Positions 8,310 to 17,066 of a DNA stretch of 25,447 bases are shown piece by piece (the stretch's first letter is position 1; the number at the start of each line of letters is the position of its first letter). Source of the stretch: a virus (lineage: Duplodnaviria > Heunggongvirae > Uroviricota > Caudoviricetes); IMG/VR virus record IMGVR_UViG_2734482783_000014; one strand, written 5' to 3'. Made by a program: the position numbers and the translations under genes. The notes under the pieces were generated by a model, which saw nothing but the letters and a program-made list of their open reading frames with translations, ran no database searches and was not told the DNA's origin.

Positions 8310-8960
8310 TCAGCGGCTGTCATTGCGCAGTCTGCGCTCCAGCTGCTGTTTGTCTTTTTTCACGCCACAGCGGGGATCGAGCTGTAACGCATGGTTGAGA
8401 TGATTAAGGGCAGACGCCGGATTGCTTTCACTCAGGACAGCGCCAATCGCTTTATGCAGACGCGCCCGTGACTGGTCCGGCATATCCAGACCGTCTGTCA
8501 GCTCCAGCGTCTGCAGCAACAGATCGGCATCAAAGCCGGTGGCGGCAAGCATTGCGCTCTGCGCTGCGTCTGCCATTTCCTCTGCCAGCACGGTCTGCAC
8601 GTTGCGGTTACCCAGTGGCATCACCCAGCCATGACGCAGGGCATGACGCCCGATCTCCAGCGCCCCGGCATAGTCTCCGGCATCAATGCGCCACAGCATC
8701 ACGTACATCAGCACGTCATCCTGTTGAGTGCCTCCGGCAGCCAGGACACCCTCTGCCCAGGCGGCGTACTTCGGCAGCAGCTCCACCTTTATTTCCGCTT
8801 TTTTCACCGTGGACTGAACGCCCTTGAGACGGCGGCGGTCTTCCGCCAGTTGCAGCAGCATCAGGTCATAGCCCGACGCGTGGCGAACGCTGCCGCCCTC
8901 GCGGGCGGCCTGTTCAGCCTGAACGCGCAGGCGATGCTGCCGTGCGGGACTCAGGCTCAT
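8310..8960 (-). CDS. M: Terminase small/endonuclease subunit gpM-like
   Basis: 216-aa ORF directly downstream of N in the P2 O-N-M-L order. ATG at 8960. Confidence 0.75.
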   Translation of the reverse strand: MSLSPARQHRLRVQAEQAAREGGSVRHASGYDLMLLQLAEDRRRLKGVQSTVKKAEIKVELLPKYAAWAEGVLAAGGTQQDDVLMYVMLWRIDAGDYAGALEIGRHALRHGWVMPLGNRNVQTVLAEEMADAAQSAMLAATGFDADLLLQTLELTDGLDMPDQSRARLHKAIGAVLSESNPASALNHLNHALQLDPRCGVKKDKQQLERRLRNDSR

Positions 8961-8963
8961 GGT

Positions 8964-10022
8964 TTACGCTCCGGCTTCTGCTGCGACGGCGCTGAAGTCG
9001 CCAATCTGGATGTTTTCCACCAGTGCGGCGCAGCGGTAGTCCTCAACCACATAGGCTTCATTAACGGATTCAAAGTTTTCAATCCGGTCACGTTTCGGGT
9101 TGTCGATAACTGAACGGCGGCGGGTGTCTTCCTGCCAGTAGATGGACAGGTTATCCAGACGGGTAATCAGCAGTGCATTCGGCGGGAAGAACGGCGCACG
9201 CACGGCCTGCAGGCCCCCCATGCGTTTCTGGCTGATGATCATATCGGCAGCCAGTTTTTCACTGTTTTCCTGCTCTTTGTTGACCAGCGGGAAATACTTG
9301 TCAGACAGCAGTTCACGACCGCAAATCACCACCAGATCGTCATCGTCCTGGTAGACCACATCGATAAGCTCATTGACGGCATCCATCACCACGGCGTCCA
9401 GGTTGGCATATTCGCCCCCTTTCCCGACTTTCACCGCGCCCGGTGTGGTTTCACCGCCCGTGGTGGTGCTGCCCATGACGTGATCCGGTGCATCCTCACG
9501 GATTTTCTGCAGCCAGCCTTTGTTCACATCCTGCAGCAGCGGGTTTTCACTACGGTTGGAGGTTTTCGCACGCTTCACGCCGTTAAAGCCGATCATGATG
9601 CGGTCCAGTGCCTGACGTTTCACGATGGCGTCACGGATACGCACCTGGAAATCCTGAAACTTCGCCCACAGGTCCAGCTTCGCGTAGGTCAGCACCGTGT
9701 CAAAGTTGGTCTGCTCGCATTTATATTCCACATCGACTATCAGCGTCGGATCGACAGGTTCACGCTCTTTCGCGGTGGTGTCAGTGGTTCCGGCAATGGT
9801 GCTGCCAACACCCAACCCCAGCAACTGACCGGACTGCTCAGTCACTGGCGTGACGTTAATCAGCGTCAGGAAAGCGGCGGACTGCTGGATCTGGTCTTCC
9901 AGCGTCTGCTGTACAGACGGCTCCACGGTGAACTTGCTGGACAGTTCTTCAACTGCCACACCGTTCAGACGCGCCAGCTGCTGCAGGTAAGCGTTAAAAG
10001 CAAAGCGGGTATTCTTCTTCAT
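8964..10022 (-). CDS. N: Major capsid protein gpN-like
   Basis: 352-aa protein; the stretch ...TRFAFNAYLQQLARLNGV...QDFQVRIRDAIVKRQALDRIMIGFNGVKRA...MIISQKRMG... is highly similar to P2 gpN as recalled. Confidence 0.9.
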   Translation of the reverse strand: MKKNTRFAFNAYLQQLARLNGVAVEELSSKFTVEPSVQQTLEDQIQQSAAFLTLINVTPVTEQSGQLLGLGVGSTIAGTTDTTAKEREPVDPTLIVDVEYKCEQTNFDTVLTYAKLDLWAKFQDFQVRIRDAIVKRQALDRIMIGFNGVKRAKTSNRSENPLLQDVNKGWLQKIREDAPDHVMGSTTTGGETTPGAVKVGKGGEYANLDAVVMDAVNELIDVVYQDDDDLVVICGRELLSDKYFPLVNKEQENSEKLAADMIISQKRMGGLQAVRAPFFPPNALLITRLDNLSIYWQEDTRRRSVIDNPKRDRIENFESVNEAYVVEDYRCAALVENIQIGDFSAVAAEAGA

Positions 10023-10038
10023 CAGGTTTTGTGCTCCA

Positions 10039-10872
10039 TCAGCAATTGGTCAGAGTGTCAGCGGGGGCGTTACCGCCTGTTGCACGCTGGCGGTAGTCCT
10101 GGCGGCTGTCTTCATGACTCAGCTTGTCCACCAGTTCGTTAAAGGCGGTCTGCTGTGCCTGCAGGGCAGTCTCCAGCTCAGACAGGCGTTCTTCCTGCTC
10201 AGACAGGGATTTTTCGGTGCGTGCGCTCAGGTTCTGCTGCTCAGTGGCGACCAGCTCCACGGCCTTATGCACATCAGAGAACCGGGCATCGTCGGACTGC
10301 TCTTTTTTGGTAAACAGCGCCGTGACGCGGGCAAACAGGGACGGTTTGTCGTCCTGGACTTCTTCCAGTTCGATCACCGTTTCCTCTGCGGCGGTAAAGA
10401 GATTGGCGGGATTCTGCTTGCGGTTTGCCAGCGGGTTATGGGCTGCACTGGCGCTGAATGTCAGCATTTCCGTACCCAGACTGGCAGGGTCATCAGTGGC
10501 AGCCAGGCCGACCAGGTAGGCTTTGCCCGTATCAGCGAACTTCGGACTGACTTCCATAGAGGTGAATAATTTCTGGCCTTTTTTCACCAGCTCCACCAGG
10601 GACTCCGTTGGCTCAACGTCGGCATACAGCGCCATCTTGCCTGCCAGCGGACCTTCCGTGATTTCTTCAGCAAACAGCGCCGTCACCTTGCCGTAGCGGT
10701 TAAAGGTGCTGTCCGGCAGATAAGACTTGATGTGCTCAAGGTTAATCAGCGCGGTATACACCGCCGGGTTGTAGCTGGCTGCCATCTGTTCCAGCCATTC
10801 ACGCTGGATTTCGCGTCCGTCGGTGGTGGCACCTTCCACCCCGATGCGAAAACGCTTTGCTTTCACTGTCAT
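10039..10872 (-). CDS. O: Capsid scaffolding protein gpO-like
   Basis: 277-aa protein with FRIGVEGATTDGREI...INLEHI...YLVGLAATDDPASLGTE... and C-terminal KATGG...TNC, matching P2 gpO as recalled. Confidence 0.85.
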   Translation of the reverse strand: MTVKAKRFRIGVEGATTDGREIQREWLEQMAASYNPAVYTALINLEHIKSYLPDSTFNRYGKVTALFAEEITEGPLAGKMALYADVEPTESLVELVKKGQKLFTSMEVSPKFADTGKAYLVGLAATDDPASLGTEMLTFSASAAHNPLANRKQNPANLFTAAEETVIELEEVQDDKPSLFARVTALFTKKEQSDDARFSDVHKAVELVATEQQNLSARTEKSLSEQEERLSELETALQAQQTAFNELVDKLSHEDSRQDYRQRATGGNAPADTLTNC

Positions 10873-10950
10873 GAGCCGTGCTCCGTTAGAAAAAACTTAC
10901 TGGAGTCTTATGGTTGCGGTGATGGGGGCAGTGAAACAATGCGCGGTATT

Positions 10951-10968
10951 TGTACCGACAACCACACA
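10951..10968. promoter_or_regulatory. TGT-N12-ACA dyad in the O/P divergent intergenic region, candidate Ogr/B-type late activator site
   Basis: TGTaccgacaaccacACA lies about 85 bp upstream of the O start, compatible with a site centred near -55 of a leftward late promoter. The motif is short and expected several times by chance in 25 kb. Confidence 0.3.
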
Positions 10969-11014
10969 AACCGCAGGCGGGGAAAGCCTTCATTCAAGGC
11001 TGTAGGTTTGTGCC

Positions 11015-12781
11015 ATGAACACCACACTGACACCCGCAGATCTCGATCCCCGTAGGCAGGCCATGCTGCTGTACTTTCAGGGATACCGCGTAGCCCGCAT
11101 TGCTGAAATGCTGGGCGAGAAAGTTGCAACCGTTCACAGCTGGAAGAAACGCGACAAGTGGGGTGACTATGGGCCGCTGGATCAGATGCAGCTCACCACC
11201 GCCGCCCGCTACTGCCAGCTCATTATGAAGGAGCACAAAGAAGGGAAAGATTTCAAAGAGATTGACCTGCTGGCGCGCCAGTCGGAGCGCCATGCACGGA
11301 TCGGCAAGTTTAACAATGGCGGCAACGAAGCCGACTTAAACCCTAACGTCGCCAACCGCAACAAAGGCCCACGCCGTCAGCCGGAAAAGAATGTTTTCAC
11401 CGATGAACAGATTGAAAAGCTGGAGGAAATCTTCCATTCCTCCATGTTCAACTACCAGCGCCACTGGTGGGAAGCCGGAAAAACCAATCGCATCCGTAAC
11501 CTGCTGAAGTCTCGCCAGATCGGCGCGACCTTCTATTTTGCCCGTGAAGCCCTGATTGACGCCCTGCTGACCGGACGTAACCAGATTTTCCTTTCTGCCA
11601 GTAAGGCTCAGGCCCACGTCTTTAAACAGTACATCATCGACTTCGCCAAAGAAGTCGAAGTGGAGCTGAAAGGCGATCCGATGGTGCTTCCCAACGGGGC
11701 CACGCTTTACTTCCTCGGCACCAATGCCCGCACGGCGCAGAGTTACCACGGCAACCTGTATCTGGATGAATATTTCTGGATACCGAAATTCCAGGAGCTG
11801 CGCAAAGTGGCTTCCGGTATGGCTATTCACAAGAAATGGCGACAGACCTATTTTTCCACGCCATCCAGCCTGACCCACAGTGCTTATCCGTTCTGGTCCG
11901 GTGCGCTGTTCAACCGTGGACGCAACAAAGCCGACAAGGTGGACATCGACCTGTCCCACAGCAATCTGGCCCCCGGCCTGCTGTGCGCAGACGGGCAATA
12001 CCGCCAGATAGTCACCGTGGAAGATGCAGTGCGCGGCGGCTGTAACCTGTTCGACCTTGACCAGTTGCGCATGGAGTACAGCCCGGATGAATACCTGAAC
12101 CTGCTGATGTGCGAGTTCGTGGACGATCTCGCGTCCGTGTTTCCGCTCAGCGAGCTGCAGGCGTGCATGGTGGACAGCTGGGAAGTCTGGACCGACTTTC
12201 ATGCACTGGCCCTTCGCCCGTTTGGCTGGCGCGAAGTGTGGATCGGTTATGACCCGGCAAAAGGTACGCAGAACGGCGACAGCGCCGGATGCGTGGTGGT
12301 GGCACCGCCAGCCGTGCCGGGCGGTAAGTTCCGCATTCTTGAGCGTCACCAGTGGCGCGGGATGGACTTCCGCGCCCAGGCTGACGCCATCAAAAAACTG
12401 ACCGAACAGTACAACGTGACCTACATCGGTATCGACTCAACCGGCGTTGGTCACGGGGTTTATGAGAACGTGAAAGCATTCTTTCCTGCCGTCCGGGAGT
12501 TTGTCTACAACCCCAACGTTAAAAACGCCCTGGTGCTCAAGGCCTACGACATTATCAGCCACCGCCGTCTGGAGTTTGACGCCGGACACACCGACATAGC
12601 GCAGTCATTCATGGCAATCCGTCGCGCCACCACCGCCAGCGGCAACCGCCCGACCTATGAAGCCAGCCGCAGCGAAGAAGCCAGCCATGCCGATCTGGCC
12701 TGGGCAACAATGCACGCACTGTTTAACGAACCGCTGCAGGGCGAATCCGCCAATACCAGCAATATTGTGGAGATTTTTTGA
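11015..12781 (+). CDS. P: Terminase large (ATPase) subunit gpP-like
   Basis: 588-aa ORF divergent from O, of the size and position of P2 gpP. Stop overlaps the Q start (TGATG). Confidence 0.9.
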   Translation: MNTTLTPADLDPRRQAMLLYFQGYRVARIAEMLGEKVATVHSWKKRDKWGDYGPLDQMQLTTAARYCQLIMKEHKEGKDFKEIDLLARQSERHARIGKFNNGGNEADLNPNVANRNKGPRRQPEKNVFTDEQIEKLEEIFHSSMFNYQRHWWEAGKTNRIRNLLKSRQIGATFYFAREALIDALLTGRNQIFLSASKAQAHVFKQYIIDFAKEVEVELKGDPMVLPNGATLYFLGTNARTAQSYHGNLYLDEYFWIPKFQELRKVASGMAIHKKWRQTYFSTPSSLTHSAYPFWSGALFNRGRNKADKVDIDLSHSNLAPGLLCADGQYRQIVTVEDAVRGGCNLFDLDQLRMEYSPDEYLNLLMCEFVDDLASVFPLSELQACMVDSWEVWTDFHALALRPFGWREVWIGYDPAKGTQNGDSAGCVVVAPPAVPGGKFRILERHQWRGMDFRAQADAIKKLTEQYNVTYIGIDSTGVGHGVYENVKAFFPAVREFVYNPNVKNALVLKAYDIISHRRLEFDAGHTDIAQSFMAIRRATTASGNRPTYEASRSEEASHADLAWATMHALFNEPLQGESANTSNIVEIF

Positions 12782-13815
12782 TGGGAAAGAGTAAGAAAAA
12801 CCGCGCTGCGTCGACGAACCAGATTCAGCATAAAAGCCAGACTTCAGCCGAAGCATTCAGCTTTGGCGATCCCATTCCAGTACTGGACCGCCGCGAACTG
12901 CTGGACTATGTGGAATGCGTACAGACGGATCGCTGGTATGAGCCACCCGTAAGTTTTGACGGACTGGCGCGCACCTTCCGCGCTGCCGTGCATCACAGTT
13001 CCCCGATTGCCGTAAAGTGCAACATTCTGACCAGTACCTACATCCCTCACCCGCTGCTCAGCCAGCAGGCTTTTTCACGTTTTGTGCAGGACTATCTGGT
13101 ATTTGGTAACGCCTACCTGGAGAAACGCACGAACCGATTCGGTGAAGTTATCGCCCTTGAGCCTACTCTGGCAAAATACACCCGACGCGGATTAGACCTG
13201 GATACCTACTGGTTTGTGCAATACGGCATGACCACGCAGCCGTATCAGTTCACGAAAGGCAGCATCTTTCATCTGATGGAACCGGACATCAACCAGGAGA
13301 TCTACGGCCTGCCCGGTTATCTTTCTGCCATTCCGTCAGCCCTGCTCAACGAATCCGCCACGCTGTTCCGCCGCAAGTATTACATTAACGGTAGTCATGC
13401 AGGCTTCATCATGTACATGACCGATGCCGCGCAGAACCAGGAGGATGTGAACAACCTCCGCAATGCGATGAAAAGCGCCAAAGGCCCTGGTAACTTCCGC
13501 AATCTGTTTATGTACTCGCCTAACGGCAAAAAGGACGGACTTCAGATTATCCCGTTGTCAGAAGTCGCAGCGAAGGATGAGTTTCTGAATATCAAAAACG
13601 TGAGCCGTGACGACATGATGGCGGCACACCGTGTGCCGCCTCAGATGATGGGGATTATGCCGAATAATGTTGGGGGTTTTGGGGATGTGGAGAAGGCTAG
13701 TAATGTATTTGTACGCAATGAACTAATACCATTGCAAAAAAGATTTGAAGAGTTAAATGTTTGGTTAAAAGAAAAAGTGATACAGTTCGAAGAATATAAA
13801 CTTCATTCAAATTAG
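12781..13815 (+). CDS. Q: Portal protein gpQ-like
   Basis: ATG at 12781 (the tabulated ORF begins 3 nt earlier at TTG). 344 aa, following P. The last ~150 bp are AT-rich. Confidence 0.85.
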   Translation: MGKSKKNRAASTNQIQHKSQTSAEAFSFGDPIPVLDRRELLDYVECVQTDRWYEPPVSFDGLARTFRAAVHHSSPIAVKCNILTSTYIPHPLLSQQAFSRFVQDYLVFGNAYLEKRTNRFGEVIALEPTLAKYTRRGLDLDTYWFVQYGMTTQPYQFTKGSIFHLMEPDINQEIYGLPGYLSAIPSALLNESATLFRRKYYINGSHAGFIMYMTDAAQNQEDVNNLRNAMKSAKGPGNFRNLFMYSPNGKKDGLQIIPLSEVAAKDEFLNIKNVSRDDMMAAHRVPPQMMGIMPNNVGGFGDVEKASNVFVRNELIPLQKRFEELNVWLKEKVIQFEEYKLHSN

Positions 13816-13821
13816 CTTTAA

Positions 13822-13840
13822 GGCTGCCAGTTTGGCAGCC
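13822..13840. terminator. Hairpin (ggctgcca gtt tggcagcc) between the convergent Q and P-loop NTPase genes
   Basis: Perfect 8-bp stem with a 3-nt loop placed between two convergent stop codons. The flanks are only moderately T-rich. Confidence 0.4.
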
Positions 13841-13847
13841 AGAACCT

Positions 13848-15098
13848 TTATCGCCATTTTAGATAAAAAGCAAAAAATGGATCAGTAATATGCAACTTTC
13901 GGTCCTCCTTATCCCAATCTATTACAGGAGTTGAAGCTTCTTCCGTAGCAGCTATTTTAGCCATTTTTTCTATAACACGAGTAACCTCATGAGCTTGTGG
14001 AGGAGTATCTTGCACCAGTTCGCGTATGGCTGATCTTAACTCCTCATACTGAATACTTTGCATTCCTGGTTTCATATGTGACAATGCATATAATACAACT
14101 TTATATATATCTACTTCCTCACCACTTTTCAGTTTTCTAGGAATTCTGTCAGTTCGCTGATTAGGGCCACTAGCTAACTTATCAAATACTATTTTCCCAG
14201 TGGATTCTGCAACCTTTCTAAAAATATCATCATCTAAAGAATTAATAACTAACTTACTCGACAAAGTTTCTTTAACATTATTTGCTAAGCATATAGCCTT
14301 GCAAAACTCTTGCATTAAATGAGGACTTCCCAATGATTCATTGGCAATTTTATCAATTACTGAATCACTAACTTCCATGTTTAACAGAGGAAATCCCACT
14401 TTTGCTATTTGTTTTAGTTCATCCATTTCCCACGAAGGCATGGAAATATTTTCTAGCCGTCCGGTAATTTCTTTTTCAACTTTTACAGCATCATACCTTC
14501 GATGTGGAATGGCTATCAGTACAACTGGTACTCCATCAAAAACTAATGGTTTTATCGCTCTAATAAAGTTACCTTGTAGGTCACGATCGAGGTAATGAAA
14601 GTCATCAATTATAAGACTAGACTTGGTTTGAGAGAGAACTTTTAGTGCAGAACTTTTTGCGGATATCGTTCGCGATTTTTTATTACCATTTGACTTTCCA
14701 TCCGTCTGAACTAAACCAGCCTCACCTGTACCTTTAACAACTAATGCACTTGCGGTCCCCGATACCTTACCACTAACTGCAATAGCACTATTTTCTCCAG
14801 AATTAACTTCAATACTATGGTAGCCATTTAGTTTTTCTAATACCTGCTCCCAAATATCATCTTCAGTTGTAATACTCCCACCGTCAATCCATACAACATC
14901 ATCGTCCATGACTGGGAATACCATTCTTGTAATTACAGTCTTACCAGACTTTGTTTGCCCAGTTAAAGTTACTAACTTACATAAATTATCTTTAGCACTC
15001 TCCAGTTTTCCATGAACCTCTCCTTCAGAGCGCTCAACATAAGTCAATTTCGGCATACCGCCTGGCACAAAAACTTGTGAAGCACGTTGTTTATCCAT
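13848..15098 (-). CDS. P-loop NTPase, 416 aa, AAA+/STAND-like (cargo gene)
   Basis: Walker A GQTKSGKT and Walker B-like SSLIIDDFHYL, followed by a largely helical C-terminal half. AT-rich with an AT-rich upstream region at 15100..15190. Sits between Q and the putative cos site. Confidence 0.7.
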   Translation of the reverse strand: MDKQRASQVFVPGGMPKLTYVERSEGEVHGKLESAKDNLCKLVTLTGQTKSGKTVITRMVFPVMDDDVVWIDGGSITTEDDIWEQVLEKLNGYHSIEVNSGENSAIAVSGKVSGTASALVVKGTGEAGLVQTDGKSNGNKKSRTISAKSSALKVLSQTKSSLIIDDFHYLDRDLQGNFIRAIKPLVFDGVPVVLIAIPHRRYDAVKVEKEITGRLENISMPSWEMDELKQIAKVGFPLLNMEVSDSVIDKIANESLGSPHLMQEFCKAICLANNVKETLSSKLVINSLDDDIFRKVAESTGKIVFDKLASGPNQRTDRIPRKLKSGEEVDIYKVVLYALSHMKPGMQSIQYEELRSAIRELVQDTPPQAHEVTRVIEKMAKIAATEEASTPVIDWDKEDRKLHITDPFFAFYLKWR

Positions 15099-15205
15099 GA
15101 ATACTTCCCAATTAACACCGTTCTAGTGAACTACGATTCTAAAATAACATCTGAGCTTGGACTATTAACATTACATGATTTGAGTATTCAAAGCCACAAG
15201 CGCGC

Positions 15206-15224
15206 GCTCGTATCCCCGCCACGC
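15206..15224 (-). other. Candidate cohesive-end (cos) site
   Basis: Minus strand reads GGCGTGGCGGGGATACGAG. The first 13 nt match the 186 cos sequence GGCGTGGCGGGGAAAGCAT as I recall it (P2: GGCGAGGCGGGGAAAGCAC). Orientation relative to Q matches the P2 arrangement. The region is GC-normal between two AT-rich cargo blocks. Confidence 0.4.
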
Positions 15225-15270
15225 CTGCCCGCTTTATGTAGTGGTTTTCATGCAGATGCATGCTCTACGC

Positions 15271-15297
15271 AAAAGCCCGCCAGTTCTGGCGGGCTTT
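15271..15297. terminator. Rho-independent terminator (aaaaGCCCGCCagttctGGCGGGCtttt), bidirectional
   Basis: GC-rich 7-8 bp stem flanked by an A-run and a T-run, immediately downstream of the minus-strand three-gene operon. Confidence 0.55.
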
Positions 15298-15361
15298 TGC
15301 AAAAACGATCCTCAAACGATCATGCGATTTCATGCAGCATAGTCATGCAAAGTAGAAACTG

Positions 15362-15778
15362 CTATTTAACGTCCGGCGTTTGCGCTGTGGGGGATACTTT
15401 TCCATCTAGCGTATTTACAATTGAGAGGGGGTAAATTCCCATTTCAATTCCACAAATCACGTCGTAACGAGCCTGCGCTTTCTCTCGCATTTCTTGAGAA
15501 ACAGGGGACGATGGTGCATTTAAAACTGCTTCGGCTTGCTTCTTCAGAGCTTTCAACCGTCTTTTCAGTTTGATTTCTTGCGGATCAACAGCATAAATCG
15601 TCCATGCAAAAGTAAAAACTTCGCTTAAAAGAATTGACACCATCGGTATTGAAGCAATGTAAAGGTCTTTCCATGTTGGATCTGTAATGAAGCTAGCCAG
15701 CTTTATTAGGAAAAGGCCTACGCCGCCGCCACCAGTAACACCGACTGCTTTACCGCTTGTTTTCTTTTGTTCAGGCAT
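15362..15778 (-). CDS. Small membrane protein with two predicted TM helices (third gene of cargo operon)
   Basis: From ATG at 15778: MPEQKKTSGKAVGVTGGGGVGLFLIKLASFI... plus a second hydrophobic helix IASIPMVSILLSEVFTFAWTIYAV, then a charged C-terminus. Start overlaps the end of the upstream gene by 8 bp. Confidence 0.55.
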   Translation of the reverse strand: MPEQKKTSGKAVGVTGGGGVGLFLIKLASFITDPTWKDLYIASIPMVSILLSEVFTFAWTIYAVDPQEIKLKRRLKALKKQAEAVLNAPSSPVSQEMREKAQARYDVICGIEMGIYPLSIVNTLDGKVSPTAQTPDVK

Positions 15779-16034
15779 GAGAGGCTGACTCCTTCCTCTC
15801 ACGCTTATTTTTCTCTGCTATATCATCGATGAGCTTTATTAACTCATCATCATTGTTTATATAAATATTTGTTTTATAGACATTTTTGTTTGCATCAGTA
15901 TAAGTGATAGAAACTTTTGTTTCGACAATAACTCGATCGAGCAGGCTACGTATAGCCACTCTAGCACCTATAAATATAGCTGGAGCTGCAACAAGCAGCC
16001 CCAACCATCCTAACACACTAATATCTATAGACAT
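15771..16034 (-). CDS. Small single-TM protein, 87 aa (second gene of cargo operon)
   Basis: N-terminal helix ISVLGWLGLLVAAPAIFIGARVAI followed by a polar Asn/Asp/Lys-rich domain. Begins 2 bp after the upstream gene's stop. Confidence 0.55.
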   Translation of the reverse strand: MSIDISVLGWLGLLVAAPAIFIGARVAIRSLLDRVIVETKVSITYTDANKNVYKTNIYINNDDELIKLIDDIAEKNKRERKESASHA

Positions 16035-16036
16035 TT

Positions 16037-16930
16037 TTAATCCGCATCAGGTTTTATTTTTCTATCTTTGGCGGCAAAGTGTCGACCCACTTTGATGATC
16101 GATAACTTTTCGTCTACCTGGCCACCGGAATCTTTCACAATTTTCTTCATCTTCACAGCAAACAATTCGCCAAAAATTTTGGGGGCGTCTGGTCCAGTAA
16201 CAAGCTTGATGAACTCATTATCTTCCATTCTGACATTGCGCTTTTCACCGCCAAACTCAACACGCCAGCCACTTTTTTTGTCAGTATGCGCCGAAACGAA
16301 TGTCACGGTTGTTTCAAATTCGTCAACTTCTTCTTTGGTTTCAAAGAGAACTTTTGGCGACTTAAACTCTTCTGCCTCATCTTTATGAATTTTGAGGATT
16401 TCTTTCTTAGAGGTGCGCGATTTTTTTACCACAAAATTGTCGATACCATCTTGTAACAGAGGCTGTCTGACAAACGCGTCAACAGCCTTACGAATCTCTG
16501 GGGCATTAACGATTTTTTCGACATCTTCAGAGCAAACAATCTCTTCACCATCGACTTTCAGCTTAACTTTGTCACTACCGTTAGCTTTCTCGACTATGTC
16601 GATCTTACGCCCGTTAAGCTTCTTGAGAACCTCTAAAACTGTAGCACCGCCAACGGCTAAAGGAATGGCTGACAAACCTAAAATTTGTACAACATCTTTA
16701 GCATTAGCTAGATGTTGTACAACCTCAATATCAAACCCAAAGGAACCGGCTATCAATTCAGCGTCAACGTTAACTTCAATGTCTCGCCCTCCGTTTACAA
16801 TCTCATTTGCAGAGTAGATAGCCTCACCTAGCCCCTGCAAACTTTTCGCAAACGAAAGAATATCCATCTTATGATCGTCGAGAGCTTTGCCTTGATACAC
16901 AATACTTACTGATTGAGTCTTATCCGCCAT
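16037..16930 (-). CDS. Hypothetical soluble protein, ~297 aa (first gene of cargo operon)
   Basis: Long AT-rich ORF, Lys/Glu/Asp-rich, with no recognisable catalytic motif. ATG at 16930; the tabulated ORF starts at TTG 16951. Confidence 0.6.
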   Translation of the reverse strand: MADKTQSVSIVYQGKALDDHKMDILSFAKSLQGLGEAIYSANEIVNGGRDIEVNVDAELIAGSFGFDIEVVQHLANAKDVVQILGLSAIPLAVGGATVLEVLKKLNGRKIDIVEKANGSDKVKLKVDGEEIVCSEDVEKIVNAPEIRKAVDAFVRQPLLQDGIDNFVVKKSRTSKKEILKIHKDEAEEFKSPKVLFETKEEVDEFETTVTFVSAHTDKKSGWRVEFGGEKRNVRMEDNEFIKLVTGPDAPKIFGELFAVKMKKIVKDSGGQVDEKLSIIKVGRHFAAKDRKIKPDAD

Positions 16931-17066
16931 TGAGTTCAGATCCGTTGCCAATAAAATGCGCGCGATTTTACGCCCATCACTATGTTTAATCTATCTATTA
17001 ATCATTTATCCCTCTAGCTGTCTACTATCGGACTCAAAAAACATGACTCATTACAAACGAAACCTA

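Noticed and set aside
9480-10569. Plus-strand ORFs of 220, 151 and 131 aa over the capsid and scaffold genes
   Set aside because: They are antisense to the gpN and gpO homologues and show no independent coding signal.
11336-12349. 337-aa minus-strand ORF inside the terminase large-subunit gene
   Set aside because: It is antisense to a well-supported P-like gene, its translation is His/Ala/Gly/Arg-rich with no start signal, and long antisense ORFs are expected in GC-rich coding sequence.
15087-15434. 115-aa plus-strand ORF spanning the putative cos region and terminator
   Set aside because: It runs through a terminator hairpin and non-coding packaging sequence, and it has no RBS.
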